Origin: Nemertoderma westbladi
Taxonomy: Eukaryota > Animalia > Xenacoelomorpha
NCBI GenBank assembly: GCA_032718475.1
Contig: JAUCBJ010007419.1
Location: forward strand, 42,952-106,951
DNA: 64,000 nucleotides
Reading direction: 5' to 3'
Shown: positions 12,752-25,859 of the stretch, piece by piece
Position numbering within the stretch: the stretch's first letter is position 1
How the letters are laid out: each line of letters opens with the position of its first letter
The notes under the pieces: generated by a model
What the model saw: the letters and a program-made list of their open reading frames with translations, nothing else
What the model was told of the DNA's origin: nothing
Database searches by the model: none
Translations under genes and position numbers: made by a program

Positions 12752-15700
12752 CTCAAGAATATTCTCCATTTGGTATTTCATAACGGGTTGGCCTTTAGAT
12801 GTTTTTCTACTAAGCTTCCTGTAAGTTTCTCTCTGTAATGTTTCTCTTTCTTTTTTTAAACGTTTTCTCTCTTCGGCTTCGGTAAACCTCTGTAATCTCT
12901 CATCTTCCCTCCTCTTCATTAATTCCTCTCTCTCCCTAATCGCATTGGCTATAGAAGTCGTTTTCCCGGCTTTTCTACAAAAAATACCAAAATATTTCAT
13001 TTGAAAATCTAAACGTGGGCTAGATTTAACTAGGAATATATTTAACTAGGAAAAGATTTAACAAGCAATAGATTTAACTAGGAATAGATTTAACTAGGAA
13101 AAGATTTAACAAGCAATAGATTTAACTAGGAATAGATTTTACTGGGAATAAATTTAACTTGGGATAGATTTAACTACGGCTACATTTAACTAGGATTACA
13201 TTTAACTAGGGCTGTATTTAAATAGGTTAGATTTAACTAGGGAAAAATTTAACTAGGTCTAGATTTAGCAAGGGTTAGATGTAACTACGGCTAAATTTAA
13301 CTAGGGCTAGATTTAACTAGTTAGATTTAACTAGGGTTAAATTTAAATAGTGTTAGACTTAACTTTTTTTTTTCTTATACACCTCCGGTCGAGGTAAATC
13401 TATATTAATAATAATTATTGGTTAACAATTAACATTAACAACATATAAATAGCACAAAAAGAATTAGAATAGGAGCTCGCTAGGAGGGTATCGACTATTA
13501 ATTAATATAGTGGGAGTTTAACTAGATGCAAGCTGCGACAATTTCGGGGCCATCGGACATTCTAGACAGTGATACCGATAAGAGCAGGGTTGATAACAGA
13601 ATCGACAGATACAGGTCGAGTCTAGATCATGAAAGAGCTGGGTGTTAACAAACAGTTTGTGGTGGAATCCATGTGCTGTTGCCCTGGTTACTACATGACG
13701 GTTATTCTGTTTGGCTAATTTCCAAGATAAGAGATTCGAACGCTGGACCGTTACGATACTTCTGCACTTCAAAGTTCAGTTCACGCAGTCGTCTGAATTA
13801 TTTGTATTGTTCTAGAATTTCGGTGTCTAGAGAGTTTGGGGATTTTTCGATTATAATCTTCAATGAAAGTCTTTTCATTAACCTAGTGTAGTGCTAAAGT
13901 TGCGGAGGCGGATTTATGTAAACAGAGCATACGTTTTATAAACATTGATTTAATTCTATCAAGTTTAGCAGAAACGCCGTCGGCTCTCTTCCGATAACCA
14001 CGGCCATGAATAGGTTTAGTAAACCGATCATTATCCAGTCCTCCTGTAGGATATATCTCTTCTGATATATCTTTATCGCTCCTCTTCGGAACTGATACAC
14101 CTCCTGTTTCCCTGTCTCGCTCCCCATTTCACTGAGTTCGCCAATTCCGCTCCGTACTCCTCCCGGAACTTACCCCAGTCCATCCGCTTGTGGAAGACAA
14201 GGCCCATGAGCTGGCCCATCGCCACTGCTTCACAATGTCCTGTGCCCGCTCCGTGTTCCTCCCGGAACTTGCCCCAGTCCATCGGCGTGTGGCAGACAAG
14301 GCCCATGAGCTGGCCCATCGCCACTGCTTCACAATGTCCTGTGTTCTCTACCACCCCCAAAGTGCCAATTTTTCTGTAGTCTTATTTTATTTTTCTTATG
14401 TTCCCCCCTGTCTGTATTATCCTATCTACCTTTCTACTTCCTTCTTACTATGTACCCTACTACTGCTATGGTATGCCTACATACCCTTTATTTTCTTACT
14501 ATCTCTTATTTTCTTACCGTTCTGCGGGGCAGTCGTGCTAGTTGCTTTGGCCGAAGGCCGTTGGGGAAAACAATAAGAGTTTTGTTGTTTCTCAATATTG
14601 ATAACGCAGATGATAATAGCACGTCGGTAGTGATACAGATGTAATAGCAGAAAAATACAGGTTAATTGTTAATGGCGGTGACGGTCATTAACTATGACCG
14701 GTCTGCACTGACTGAGTAACTGAATCAACTGACCGGTAAATCAGTAATGTAGGATAATATATGATTAACACACATGAATATTGATTTCACCTCTTACTGT
14801 ACTTTGGCCCTCTGTACCCAATGGATGCTTTCTTATCTCTAATCACGTGCTTCCCTCCCCACTATTGGCTAATATACTAATTGTCACTTTGGCACTCCCT
14901 GTGAGTGTTTCCCCCCGCTGCTAGCCTCTACTAGCTGTATTCCCTCCGAGGTGGTTTTACCTCTCACCTCTCTCTGTGGCTTTGGGGCTTGTGTCCCCCC
15001 CCCCCCCCCCCCCCCCAATGTTGGTTATGAGACGATATTAATATTGGTATATCTCGTATCCCCAACATATTGCTAAAATGCCACTGGTCCCATTTTCTGG
15101 TGGGTAATGAAGTGGAATTGAATCCGTTTACATTTTTGATAATTCTTCAATTATCCTTCTAAGTGCCAAAATGGGCTCCATGGTCCCACGACCTTTACGG
15201 AACCCATTCTGATTTCCACGGAGCAGTCTCTCAATGGGATCCCTGATGCGATTTAATAGAATTCTATTGTATAGCTTTGCAGCAATCGAGATCAATAATT
15301 GATTTAAATAGGGAAAGATTTAACCATGGCTAGATTTAACTAGAGCTAGATTTAACTAGGAATATATTTTACTAGGAATAGATTTAACCAGGGCTAGATT
15401 TTAACTATGGCAAGATTTAACTAGGAATATAATTAACTTTGGCTACATTCAACTACGGCTAGATTTAACTAGGGCTAGATTTAACTAGGGTTAGATTTAA
15501 ATAGGGTTATTTTTAACTAGGGCTGGGTTTGGTTTAACTAGTGTTAGATTTAACTGGGGCCAGGGACAGGATACGATACGATTTTTGTATTTTATCTTAT
15601 TGAATTTCGTATATCAGAAATAGGTTTTCGAATTGTTATAATACGAATAAAAATTTACGCATTTACGTATTGTATTTTCGTATTTACGCATTTTCGTATC

Positions 15701-16421
15701 GTTTTTATGTGTCAATGATAACAGTAATCACGCTATTTTATTCATGTTTTTTGTAAAATGTCTCTAAATTCAATTCTCATTTGTAATAATAATAACAATA
15801 AATTTAATTAAATCAATAAAATAACATGAACCAATAACCTCAGCATAGTACGAATATATTTAGAATTATCTCAATACGTGTTACCTGGTAACATTATTTA
15901 TAGATAGTTGGATGAGATATATTTTATTAAGGTAGCGGATCTATTTTTGTATTTAAATAATAATAAAATAAATTTCATAGATAGTCCAATGTAATTAAAC
16001 GTTCTATTTTCGCTAATCCCAAATCGACGAAATAATTAATGTTTGTCTCACTCAATGCTAAAACTGTCAATTAATGGAAAAGAGCAGGTTACAGTGATAA
16101 AAAGTAAAATTTCAAAATTAGTTCATTTAAAAAGTAATTACTTAAGAAAAAATACGATACGAATAAAGGTCAACAAATTTATTGGAAAAAAATAAACTTA
16201 TCTTTGACAAGTTTTGTAAGTCGTTAAATTATTATTTATAAAATGTTTGGGATACCTGTTGGGTTTTTTGTCTAGGACATTGGTATCCTCTTTATCCTCT
16301 ACATCCTCAGTGTCACTGTACTCAACTACAGGCACATTCCAGGTTGCTTTCTTCTTTAATTTCGCGTACTGGCGAATTAATCGGGTTTGCTCTTTAGAGC
16401 GAGTGGTCTTCCGGTCTGTCC
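12719..16421 (-). CDS. CCDC59: TAP26/CCDC59/Fyv7-like rRNA-processing protein, last two exons (16421-16256 and 12974-12719); 5' exon(s) not located
   Basis: C-terminus KLSRKTSKGQPVMKYQMENILEKIQ is the Fyv7/TAP26 signature and follows an R/E-rich coiled coil. Upstream exon reads RLIRQYAKLKKK plus an acidic tract. Donor AG|GTATCC after 16256 and acceptor TTTTGTAG| before 12974 join in frame (..KPNR-KAGK..). Confidence 0.8.
13019..13362. repeat. Degenerate 16-bp tandem array (TAGATTTAACTAGGRM), left half
   Basis: Visible periodic GATTTAACTAGG. The same motif resumes at 15299. Confidence 0.85.
13364..13975 (-). mobile_element. 5'-truncated LINE 3' end (ORF2 C-terminus, 3' UTR, poly-A)
   Basis: Minus strand reads KLDRIKSMFIKRMLCLHKSAS (stop-interrupted), then a C-terminal C-x2-C...H-x3-C finger (CRFC...YHCLECP). 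It ends in hairpin ACCTC-N5-GAGGT (13381-13395) and an A10 tail (T run 13364-13373). Confidence 0.7.
13980..15132 (-). mobile_element. Truncated copy (5' LTR plus part of the internal region) of the small LTR family also at 55110-56448
   Basis: Starts TGTAAACGGATTCAATTCC at 15132, versus TGTGAGCGGATTCAATTCC at 56448 and 55286. Shares the blocks CCTCTGTACC..TGGATGCT, TTCCCCCCGCTGCT, CTCGTATCCCCAA and GGCGGTGACGGT. Contains a ~93-bp tandem duplication at ~14160-14345. Confidence 0.7.
15133..15295 (-). mobile_element. RTE-type LINE reverse-transcriptase fragment
   Basis: Minus-strand translation SIAAKLYNRILLNRIRDPIERLLRGNQNGFRKGRGTMEPILALRRIIEE matches non-LTR RT domains 1-2 (QxGFRxGR). Confidence 0.85.
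15299..15560. repeat. Degenerate 16-bp tandem array, right half
   Basis: Same GATTTAACTAGG motif as 13019-13362. Confidence 0.85.
15562..16170. mobile_element. Possible hAT-like non-autonomous remnant
   Basis: Begins CAGGG and carries dispersed ATACGATACG/CGTAT subterminal motifs. Second terminus and TSD not found. Confidence 0.3.
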
Positions 16422-17290
16422 CTGGGAGGTACGTGAGAATATCATTAATATCTTAGTGGTTGGTTGGCATGGGCCATATGGGTGGGAGGGACGGTGGCAG
16501 TCAAGCAGTGAGAGTGTAATACGTTTATAACTATAAAACAAAAGCTTTGTGGGATATCTAAATAGACAGCAGTTGGCAGCTACTGTATGTGTGTTATTAG
16601 GCCACATACCTCTATTATTATTATTATGATTATTATAGTTACGTATTACATATACTTATTAAACTTAATATCTTTGAGTGGATAAGTCACACCGTCTAAG
16701 GAATATCAGACAAGGGGAGGAGGGAATGTTAATGAAATCATTCATTCAAACTCAATCAATGCCAAATCATATCAATCATGAAACATTCGATTATAGGAGA
16801 ACCCATTTGGAGTTATTATATTATAGGAACTTCAAATAGTTGGCCTTTAGTTTATTATACTAAACACGAAGATAAGGTGCTATCTAATTCTCAGAAAGAA
16901 TAATTGTGTATATTAATGTATACCGGTACATCACTATTAGATATTGATAGGAAATAAAATATGACGTGTAAGTATAATATTAATTAAATAATATAATATT
17001 TAATACCGCGATAATTGTAAAGTTGTATCTCTCTATATTAATAAAATATTGAATCCAAGGAATAATCAATAAAAAAAAAGCTGATCACGAGTAAAAATGA
17101 AACTGTAACATACATAACTGTGCAATTGACTTTCGTTTATTGTTTTGGTTAGAATAGCATGCCAGTGTAACCTGCACCTTCCCCTCCATTGATAATTAAC
17201 ATTGATAATTTGCCGAGATGGATTTTCGAGATAGTATTTATTATAGCAAACTCAATTATTGAAGTAACAATCAACTATTTATTCTTACAG

Positions 17291-18326
17291 ATCACGTACT
17301 TTTAAACAAATATTTGTGTTTCGACCTGCCATCATTTAATTATCAAACCACAATCGCGGGATTTCAGATGAAGATGAGATTTCTGGGCTCGCCAACTCTA
17401 CTGTTGGACGACACAATTAGTTACCAAGAAGGTTAGAAATATAAAAATTGGGCATGTCGGGGTCCTGTTAATTGACAATGTCATCGCATAATATATAATC
17501 ATTTAAAACCTTATGATGAAGCTTTCGAGTAAAATAAAATAGATTTATTACTGTAAAAGTAAATTCTTCCAAATTAATTAATATTCAAGTATTAGTCAAG
17601 GTAAATGTAATATTTATTTCCTGTTTAATTATCTTTTCTGAACTCATTACAGGAATTCAACGATTAAATAATTGGTTGCTTTTCGATATGAAATATTGGT
17701 TAAACGACCAATGGGAAATCAGTCTTCAAATACAGGAGGATATAACCAATGACTGGAAAGAAATGTGCGCTAACCCAACCAATCACAAACCGGCCTATCA
17801 ATACAACTTGGAATACACGGGAAACAATAGATTTACTCTCCACAGTAAATTAACCTCCTTGTTATCACCCCCAGGTGGTGAACGAAACCAGCGATCTTAC
17901 AACATACCGGTTGCCAATGACAACGAAACATATGATATCACCCAATATTCGTACCGATATCGTAACATAGGGGGTCCTAGTTATGATGTCTGTTGCTATG
18001 GAGACCAGCCTGATTATAGTGTTTACTTAAACACTGCCCCAGAACCCTTATACACGGCCTCAGAGCCCTTATACACGGTCCCAGAGCCCTTATACACGGT
18101 TCCAGAGCCCTTATACACAGTCCCAGAGCCCGCCCACATAGCATCAGTAACAGAGGAGACAGACACACAAAGATCAGTATCTGCTGGGGATCCGGAGGTA
18201 TTCGGTGTCAGTAAAGCGGAATCGTTTGAAGAGTTGTCCTCGAAGTACAAACATATAGGAACCGTTCTTGGGTTCAGTAACCGGGGTGATTGTGAGACAG
18301 CAGAAAGCTGTCTTCAGTCCCAATAG
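17291..18326 (+). CDS. Unidentified protein, two exons (17291-17431 and 17653-18326); 5' exon(s) not located
   Basis: Acceptor TTCTTACAG|, a 141-nt open phase-1/phase-1 exon, donor G|GTTAGA, and acceptor CATTACAG| leading in frame into the 216-aa ORF. No family recognised. Contains a 21-bp coding repeat (PEPLYTV). Confidence 0.6.
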
Positions 18327-18371
18327 TATTAATACTACCAGTAAGGAGTAAAGCAAACATACTTGGTTCGG

Positions 18372-21300
18372 TAACAACAATAATAGATATTGTGTTGCGA
18401 GATATTACTGGGTGTAACACTACGCTGATAATAGATATTGTGGTGCGAGTTATTACTGGGTGTAACGCTACACCAATAATATATATTGTGGTGCGAGTTA
18501 TTACTGGGTGTAACGCTACACCGATAATATATATTGTGGTGCGAGTTATTACTGGGTGTAACGCTACGCCGATAATAGATATTGTGGTGTGAGTTATTAC
18601 TGGGTGTAACGCTACACCATAATAGATATTGTGGTGCAAGTTATTACTGGGTGTAATGCTACGCCGATAATATATATTGTGGTGCGAATTATTACTGGGT
18701 GTAACGCTACGCCGATAATAGATATTGTGGTGCGAGTTATTACTGGGTGTAACGCTACACCATAATTGATATTGTGGTGCAAGTTATTACTGGGTGTAAT
18801 GCTACGCCGTTAATAGATATTGTGGTGAGAGATATTACTGGGTGTAACGCTACGCCGATAATATATATTGTGGTGCGAGTTATTACTGGGTGTAACGCTA
18901 CACCGATAATATATATTGTGGTGCGAGTTATTACTGGGTGTAACGCTACGCCGATAATAGATATTGTGGTGCGAGTTATTACTGGGTGTAACGCTACACC
19001 ATAATAGATATTGTGGTGCAAGTTATTACTGGGTGTAATGCTACGCCGATAATATATATTGTGGTGCGAATTATTACTGGATGTAACGCTACGCCAATAA
19101 CAGACATTGTGGTGCGAGTTATTACTGGGTGTAACGAGTTATTACTGGGTGTAACGCTACGCCAATAATAGATATTGTGGTGCGAGTTATTATTACTGGG
19201 TGTAATGCTATGCCGATATTATATATTGTGGTGCGAGTTATTACTGGGAGTAACGCTACACCGATAATATATATTGTGGTGCGAGTTATTACTGGGTGTA
19301 ACGCTACACCAATAATAGATATTGTGGTGCGAGTTATTACTGGGTGTAACACTACGCCGATAATAGATATTGTGGTGCGAGTTATTATTTCTGGGTGCAA
19401 TGCTACGCCGATAATATATATTGTGGTGCAAGTTATTACTGGGTGTCACGCTACGCCAATAATATATATTGTGGTGCGAGTTATTACTGGGTGTAACGCT
19501 ACGCCAATAATATATATTGTGGTGCGAGTTATTACTGGGTGTAACGCTACACCAATAATATATATTGTGGCGCGAATTATTACTGGGTGTAACGCTACAC
19601 CGATAATATATATTGTGGTGCGAGTTATTACGGGGTGTAACACTATGCCAATAATAGATATTGTGGTGTGAGTTATTACTGGGTGTAACGCTATGCCGAT
19701 AATAGATATTGTGGCGCGAGTTATTACGGGGTGTAATGCTACACTGATAATAGATATTGTGGTGCAAGTTATTACTGGGTGTAACGCTACGCTGATAATA
19801 TTATTGTGGTACATTACTGGGTGTAACGCTACGCTGATAATATTATTGTGGTGCAAGTAATTACTGGGTGTAACGCTACACCATAATAGATATTGTGGTG
19901 CAAGTTATTACTGGGTGTAACGCTACGCCGATAATATATATTGTGGTGCGAATTATTACTGGGTGTAACGCTACGCCGATAATAGATATTGTGGTGCGAG
20001 TTATTACTGGGTGTAACGCTACACCATAATAGATATTGTGGTGCAAGTTATTACTGGGTGTAATGCTACGCCGTTAATAGATATTGTGGTGAGAGATATT
20101 ACTGGGTGTAACGCTACGCCGATAATATATATTGTGGTGCGAGTTATTACTGGGTGTAACGCTACACTGATAATATATATTGTGGTGCAAGTTATTACTG
20201 GGTGTAACGCTACGCCGATAATAGATATTGAGGTGCGAGTTATTACTGGGTGTAACGCTACACCATAATAGATATTGTGGTGCAAGTTATTACTGGGTGT
20301 AATGCTACGCCGATAATATATATTGTGGTGCGAATTATTACTGGGTGTAACGCTACGCCAATAACAGACATTGTGGTGCGAGTTATTACTGGGTGTAACG
20401 AGTTATTACTGGGTGTAACGCTACGCAAATAATAGATATTGTGGTGTGAGTTAATATTACTGGGTGTAATGCTACGCCGATATTATATATTGTGGTGCGA
20501 GTTATTACTGGGTGTAACGCTACACCGATAATATATATTGTGGTGCGAGTTATTACTGGGTGTAACGCTACACCAATAATAGATATTGTGGTGCGAGTTA
20601 TTACTGGGTGTAACACTACGCCGATAATAGATATTGTGGTGCGAGTTATTATTTCTGGGTGTAATGCTACGCTGATAATATATATTGTGGTGCAAGTTAT
20701 TACTGGGTGTCACGCTACGCCGATAATATATATTGTGGTGCGAGTTATTACTGGGTGTAACGCTACGCCAATAATATATATTGTGGTGCGAGTTATTACT
20801 GGGTGTAACGCTACACCAATAATATATATTGTGGCACGAATTATTACTGGGTGTAACGCTACACCGATAATATATATTGTGGTGCGAGTTATTACGGGGT
20901 GTAACACTACGCCAATAATAGATATTGTGGTGTGAGTTATTACTGGGTGTAACGTATGCCGATAATAGATATTGTGGTGCGAGTTATTACTGGGTGTAAC
21001 GTTACGCCGATAATAGATATTGTGGTGCGAGTTATTACTGGGTGTAACACTACACCGATAATATATATTGTGGCGCGAGTTATTACGGGGTGTAATGCTA
21101 CACTGATAATAGATATTGTGGTGCAAGTTATTACTGGGTGTAACGCTACGCTGATAATATTATTGTGGTGCATTACTGGGTGTAACGCTACGCTGATAAT
21201 ATTATTGTGGTGCAAGTAATTACTGGGTGTAACGCTACGCCAATAATAGATATTGTGGTGTGAGTTATTACTGGGTGTAACGCTACACCAATAATAGATA

Positions 21301-24300
21301 TTGTGGTGCGAGTTATTACTGGGTGCATTGCTACACCAATAATATATATTGTGGTGCGAGTTATTACTGGGTGTAACGCTACGCCAATAATATATATTGT
21401 GGTGCGAGTTATTACTGGGTGTAACGCTACACCAATAATATATATTGTGGCGCGAATTATTACTGGGTGTAACGCTACACCGATAATATATATTGTGGTG
21501 CGAGTTATTACGGGGTGTAACACTATGCCAATAATAGATATTGTGGTGTGAGTTATTACTGGGTGTAACGCTATGCCGATAATAGATATTGTGGCGCGAG
21601 TTATTACGGGGTGTAATGCTACACTGATAATAGATATTGTGGTGCAAGTTATTACTGGGTGTAACGCTACGCTGATAATATTATTGTGGTACATTACTGG
21701 GTGTAACGCTACGCTGATAATATTATTGTGGTGCAAGTAATTACTGGGTGTAACGCTACACCATAATAGATATTGTGGTGCAAGTTATTACTGGGTGTAA
21801 CGCTACGCCGATAATATATATTGTGGTGCGAATTATTACTGGGTGTAACGCTACGCCGATAATAGATATTGTGGTGCGAGTTATTACTGGGTGTAACGCT
21901 ACACCATAATAGATATTGTGGTGCAAGTTATTACTGGGTGTAATGCTACGCCGTTAATAGATATTGTGGTGAGAGATATTACTGGGTGTAACGCTACGCC
22001 GATAATATATATTGTGGTGTGAGTTATTACTGGGTGTAACGCTACACTGATAATATATATTGTGGTGCAAGTTATTACTGGGTGTAACGCTACGCCGATA
22101 ATAGATATTGAGGTGCGAGTTATTACTGGGTGTAACGCTACACCATAATAGATATTGTGGTGCAAGTTATTACTGGGTGTAATGCTACGCCGATAATATA
22201 TATTGTGGTGCGAATTATTACTGGGTGTAACGCTACTCCAATAACAGACATTGTGGTGCGAGTTATTACTGGGTGTAACGAGTTATTACTGGGTGTAACG
22301 CTACGCAAATAATAGATATTGTGGTGTGAGTTATTATTACTGGGTGTAATGCTACGCCGATATTATATATTGTGGTGCGAGTTATTACTGGGTGTAACGC
22401 TACACCGATAATATATATTGTGGTGCGAGTTATTACTGGGTGTAACGCTACACCAATAATAGATATTGTGGTGCGAGTTATTACTGGGTGTAACACTACG
22501 CCGATAATAGATATTGTGGTGCGAGTTATTATTTCTGGGTGTAATGCTACGCCGATAATATATATTGTGGTGCAAGTTATTACTGGGTGTCACGCTACGC
22601 CGATAATATATATTGTGGTGCGAGTTATTACTGGGTGTAACGCTACGCCAATAATATATATTGTGGTGCGAGTTATTACTGGGTGTAACGCTACACCAAT
22701 AATATATATTGTGGCACGAATTATTACTGGGTGTAACGCTACACCGATAATATATATTGTGGTGCGAGTTATTACGGGGTGTAACACTACGCCAATAATA
22801 GATATTGTGGTGTGAGTTATTACTGGGTGTAACGTATGCCGATAATAGATATTGTGGTGCGAGTTATTACTGGGTGTAACGTTACGCCGATAATAGATAT
22901 TGTGGTGCGAGTTATTACTGGGTGTAACACTACACCGATAATATATATTGTGGCGCGAGTTATTACGGGGTGTAATGCTACACTGATAATAGATATTGTG
23001 GTGCAAGTTATTACTGGGTGTAACGCTACGCTGATAATATTATTGTGGTGCATTACTGGGTGTAACGCTACGCTGATAATATTATTGTGGTGCAAGTAAT
23101 TACTGGGTGTAACGCTACGCCAATAATAGATATTGTGGTGTGAGTTATTACTGGGTGTAACGCTACACCAATAATAGATATTGTGGTGCGAGTTATTACT
23201 GGGTGCATTGCTACACCAATAATAGATATTGTGGTGCAAGTTATTACTGGGTGTAACGCTACACTGATAATAGATATTGTGGCGCGAGTTATTACTGGGT
23301 GTAATGCTACGCCGATAATAGATATTGTGGTGCGAGTTATTACTGGGTGTAAAGCTACGCCAATAATAGATATTGTGGTGCGAGTTATTACTGGGTGTAA
23401 CGCTACACCGATAATATATATTGTGGTGCGAGTTATTACTGGGTGTAACGCTACGCCGATAATAGATATTGTGGTGCGAGTTATTACTGGGTGTAACGCT
23501 ACACCATAATAGATATTGTGGTGCAAGTTATTACTGGGTGTAATGCTACGCCGATAATATATATTGTGGTGCGAATTATTACTGGGTGTAACGCTACGCC
23601 AATAACAGACATTGTGGTGCGAGTTATTACTGGGTGTAACGAGTTATTACTGGGTGTAACGCTACGCCAATAATAGATATTGTGGTGCGAGTTATTATTA
23701 CTGGGTGTAATGCTACGCCGATATTATATATTGTGGTGCGAGTTATTACTGGGTGTAACGCTACACCGATAATATATATTGTGGTGCGAGTTATTACTGG
23801 GTGTCACGCTACGCCGATAATATATATTGTGGTGCGAGTTATTACTGGGTGTAACGCTACGCCAATAATATATATTGTGGTGCGAGTTATTACTGGGTGT
23901 AACGCTACACCAATAATATATATTGTGGCACGAATTATTACTGGGTGTAACGCTACACCGATAATATATATTGTGGTGCGAGTTATTACGGGGTGTAACA
24001 CTACGCCAATAATAGATATTGTGGTGTGAGTTATTACTGGGTGTAACGTATGCCGATAATAGATATTGTGGTGCGAGTTATTACTGGGTGTAACGTTACG
24101 CCGATAATAGATATTGTGGTGCGAGTTATTACTGGGTGTAACACTACACCGATAATATATATTGTGGCGCGAGTTATTACGGGGTATAATGCTACACTGA
24201 TAATAGATATTGTGGTGCAAGTTATTACTGGGTGTAACGCTACGCTGATAATATTATTGTGGTGCATTACTGGGTGTAATGCTACGTTGATAATATTATT

Positions 24301-25201
24301 GTGGTGCAAGTAATTACTGGGTGTAACGCTACGCCAATAATAGATATTGTGGTGTGAGTTATTACTGGGTGTAACGCTACACCAATAATAGATATTGTGG
24401 TGCGAGTTATTACTGGGTGCATTGCTACACCAATAATAGATATTGTGGTGCAAGTTATTACTGGGTGTAACGCTACACTGATAATAGATATTGTGGCGCG
24501 AGTTATTACTGGGTGTAATGCTACGCCGATAATAGATATTGTGGTGCGAGTTATTACTGGGTGTAAAGCTACGCCAATAATAGATATTGTGGTGCGAGTT
24601 ATTACTGGGTGTAACGCTACACCGATAATATATATTGTGGTGCGAGTTATTATTACAGGGTGTAACGCTACGCTGATAATATATATTGTGGTGCGAGTTA
24701 TTACTGGGTGTAATGCTACACCGATAATTATTGTGGTGCGAGTTATTACTGGGTGTAATGCTACGCCGATAATAGATATTGTGGTGCGAGTTAATACTGG
24801 GTGTAATGCTACGCCAATATTATATATTGTGGTGCGAATTATTACTGGGTGTAACGCTACACCGATAATAGATATTGTGGTGCGAGTTATTACTGGGTGT
24901 AATGCTACGCCAATAATAGATATTGTGGTGCGAGTTAATACTGGGTGTACCGCTACACCGATAATATATATTGTGGTGCAAGTAATTACTGGGTGTAATG
25001 CTACGTCGATATTATATATTGTGGTGCGAGTTATTACTGGGTGTAACGCTACACCAATAATAGATATTGTGGTGCGAGTTATTACTGGGTGTAATGATAT
25101 GCCAATAATAGATATTGTGGTGCGAGTTATTACTGGGTGTAACGCTACACCGATAATATATATTGTGGTGCAAGTTATTACTGGGTGTACCGCTACGCCA
25201 A
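18372..25201. repeat. 48-bp satellite (TTACTGGGTGTAACGCTACGCCGATAATAGATATTGTGGTGCGAGTTA), ~140 copies, with higher-order repeats
   Basis: Directly visible. Near-identical ORF translations recur at offsets of 1264, 1880 and 1214 bp. Confidence 0.97.
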
Positions 25202-25859
25202 TGGACGAAAACTGACAATAGTTATAAGGGGCAGGATGCGATGTTATTCTATGGCGAGTTATTCTAACCAAAACAATAAACGAGATGTTGTCAATAAATG
25301 ACGGTTGCCGACAGCTGATTATTGACGTAGAGTTTACACTCCATTTTCTTGGCGTTTACCACCCCCCCCCCCCCCCCACCCCCCTCCCCCATGTGATACA
25401 TTTATGTTGCTAATAGGTATAGATTGGTTTATCAATATCTGTTTATTTATAAATATATTATGAAATTTAACACAATGATCTGTGATCTTTTACTTTGAAA
25501 CAACCCGAACCAATTTGTTCGAAAAATATGGCACTTTTTGAGCAGGTAGTTATTAAGGATCTGTATGGGTTGTAGTTCTAGGCCCATGTGTTTGGCTCAA
25601 TAGACCCAGATATGTTTGAGGTGAAAAATCACTCGACGTGTCTCCACATGAAAGCCCTACTACCAAACTACAAAAATTAATGATTTTATTTTCCATTTTG
25701 TAAATTTTCGAAATTAAACTTTCATTGGGGGTAATGGTCTCCTTAATTAGACTGTTAGTAAGATTATGTAAGAAATGTAAGATTGTGTGGTCCATTCCAC
25801 GAGAAGTGGTCCCAGGGGAAAAAATATTTTTTCCTTCCTATCATGTCATTGCTGCATAT

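Noticed and set aside
14995-15016. Poly-C runs (also ~25362, ~33287, ~62902) as functional elements
   Set aside because: Simple homopolymers with no supporting context, and their lengths are unreliable.
8637-25271. Many hydrophobic repeat ORFs in the 52- and 48-bp arrays
   Set aside because: They are translations of satellite monomers with frequent frame-breaking indels.
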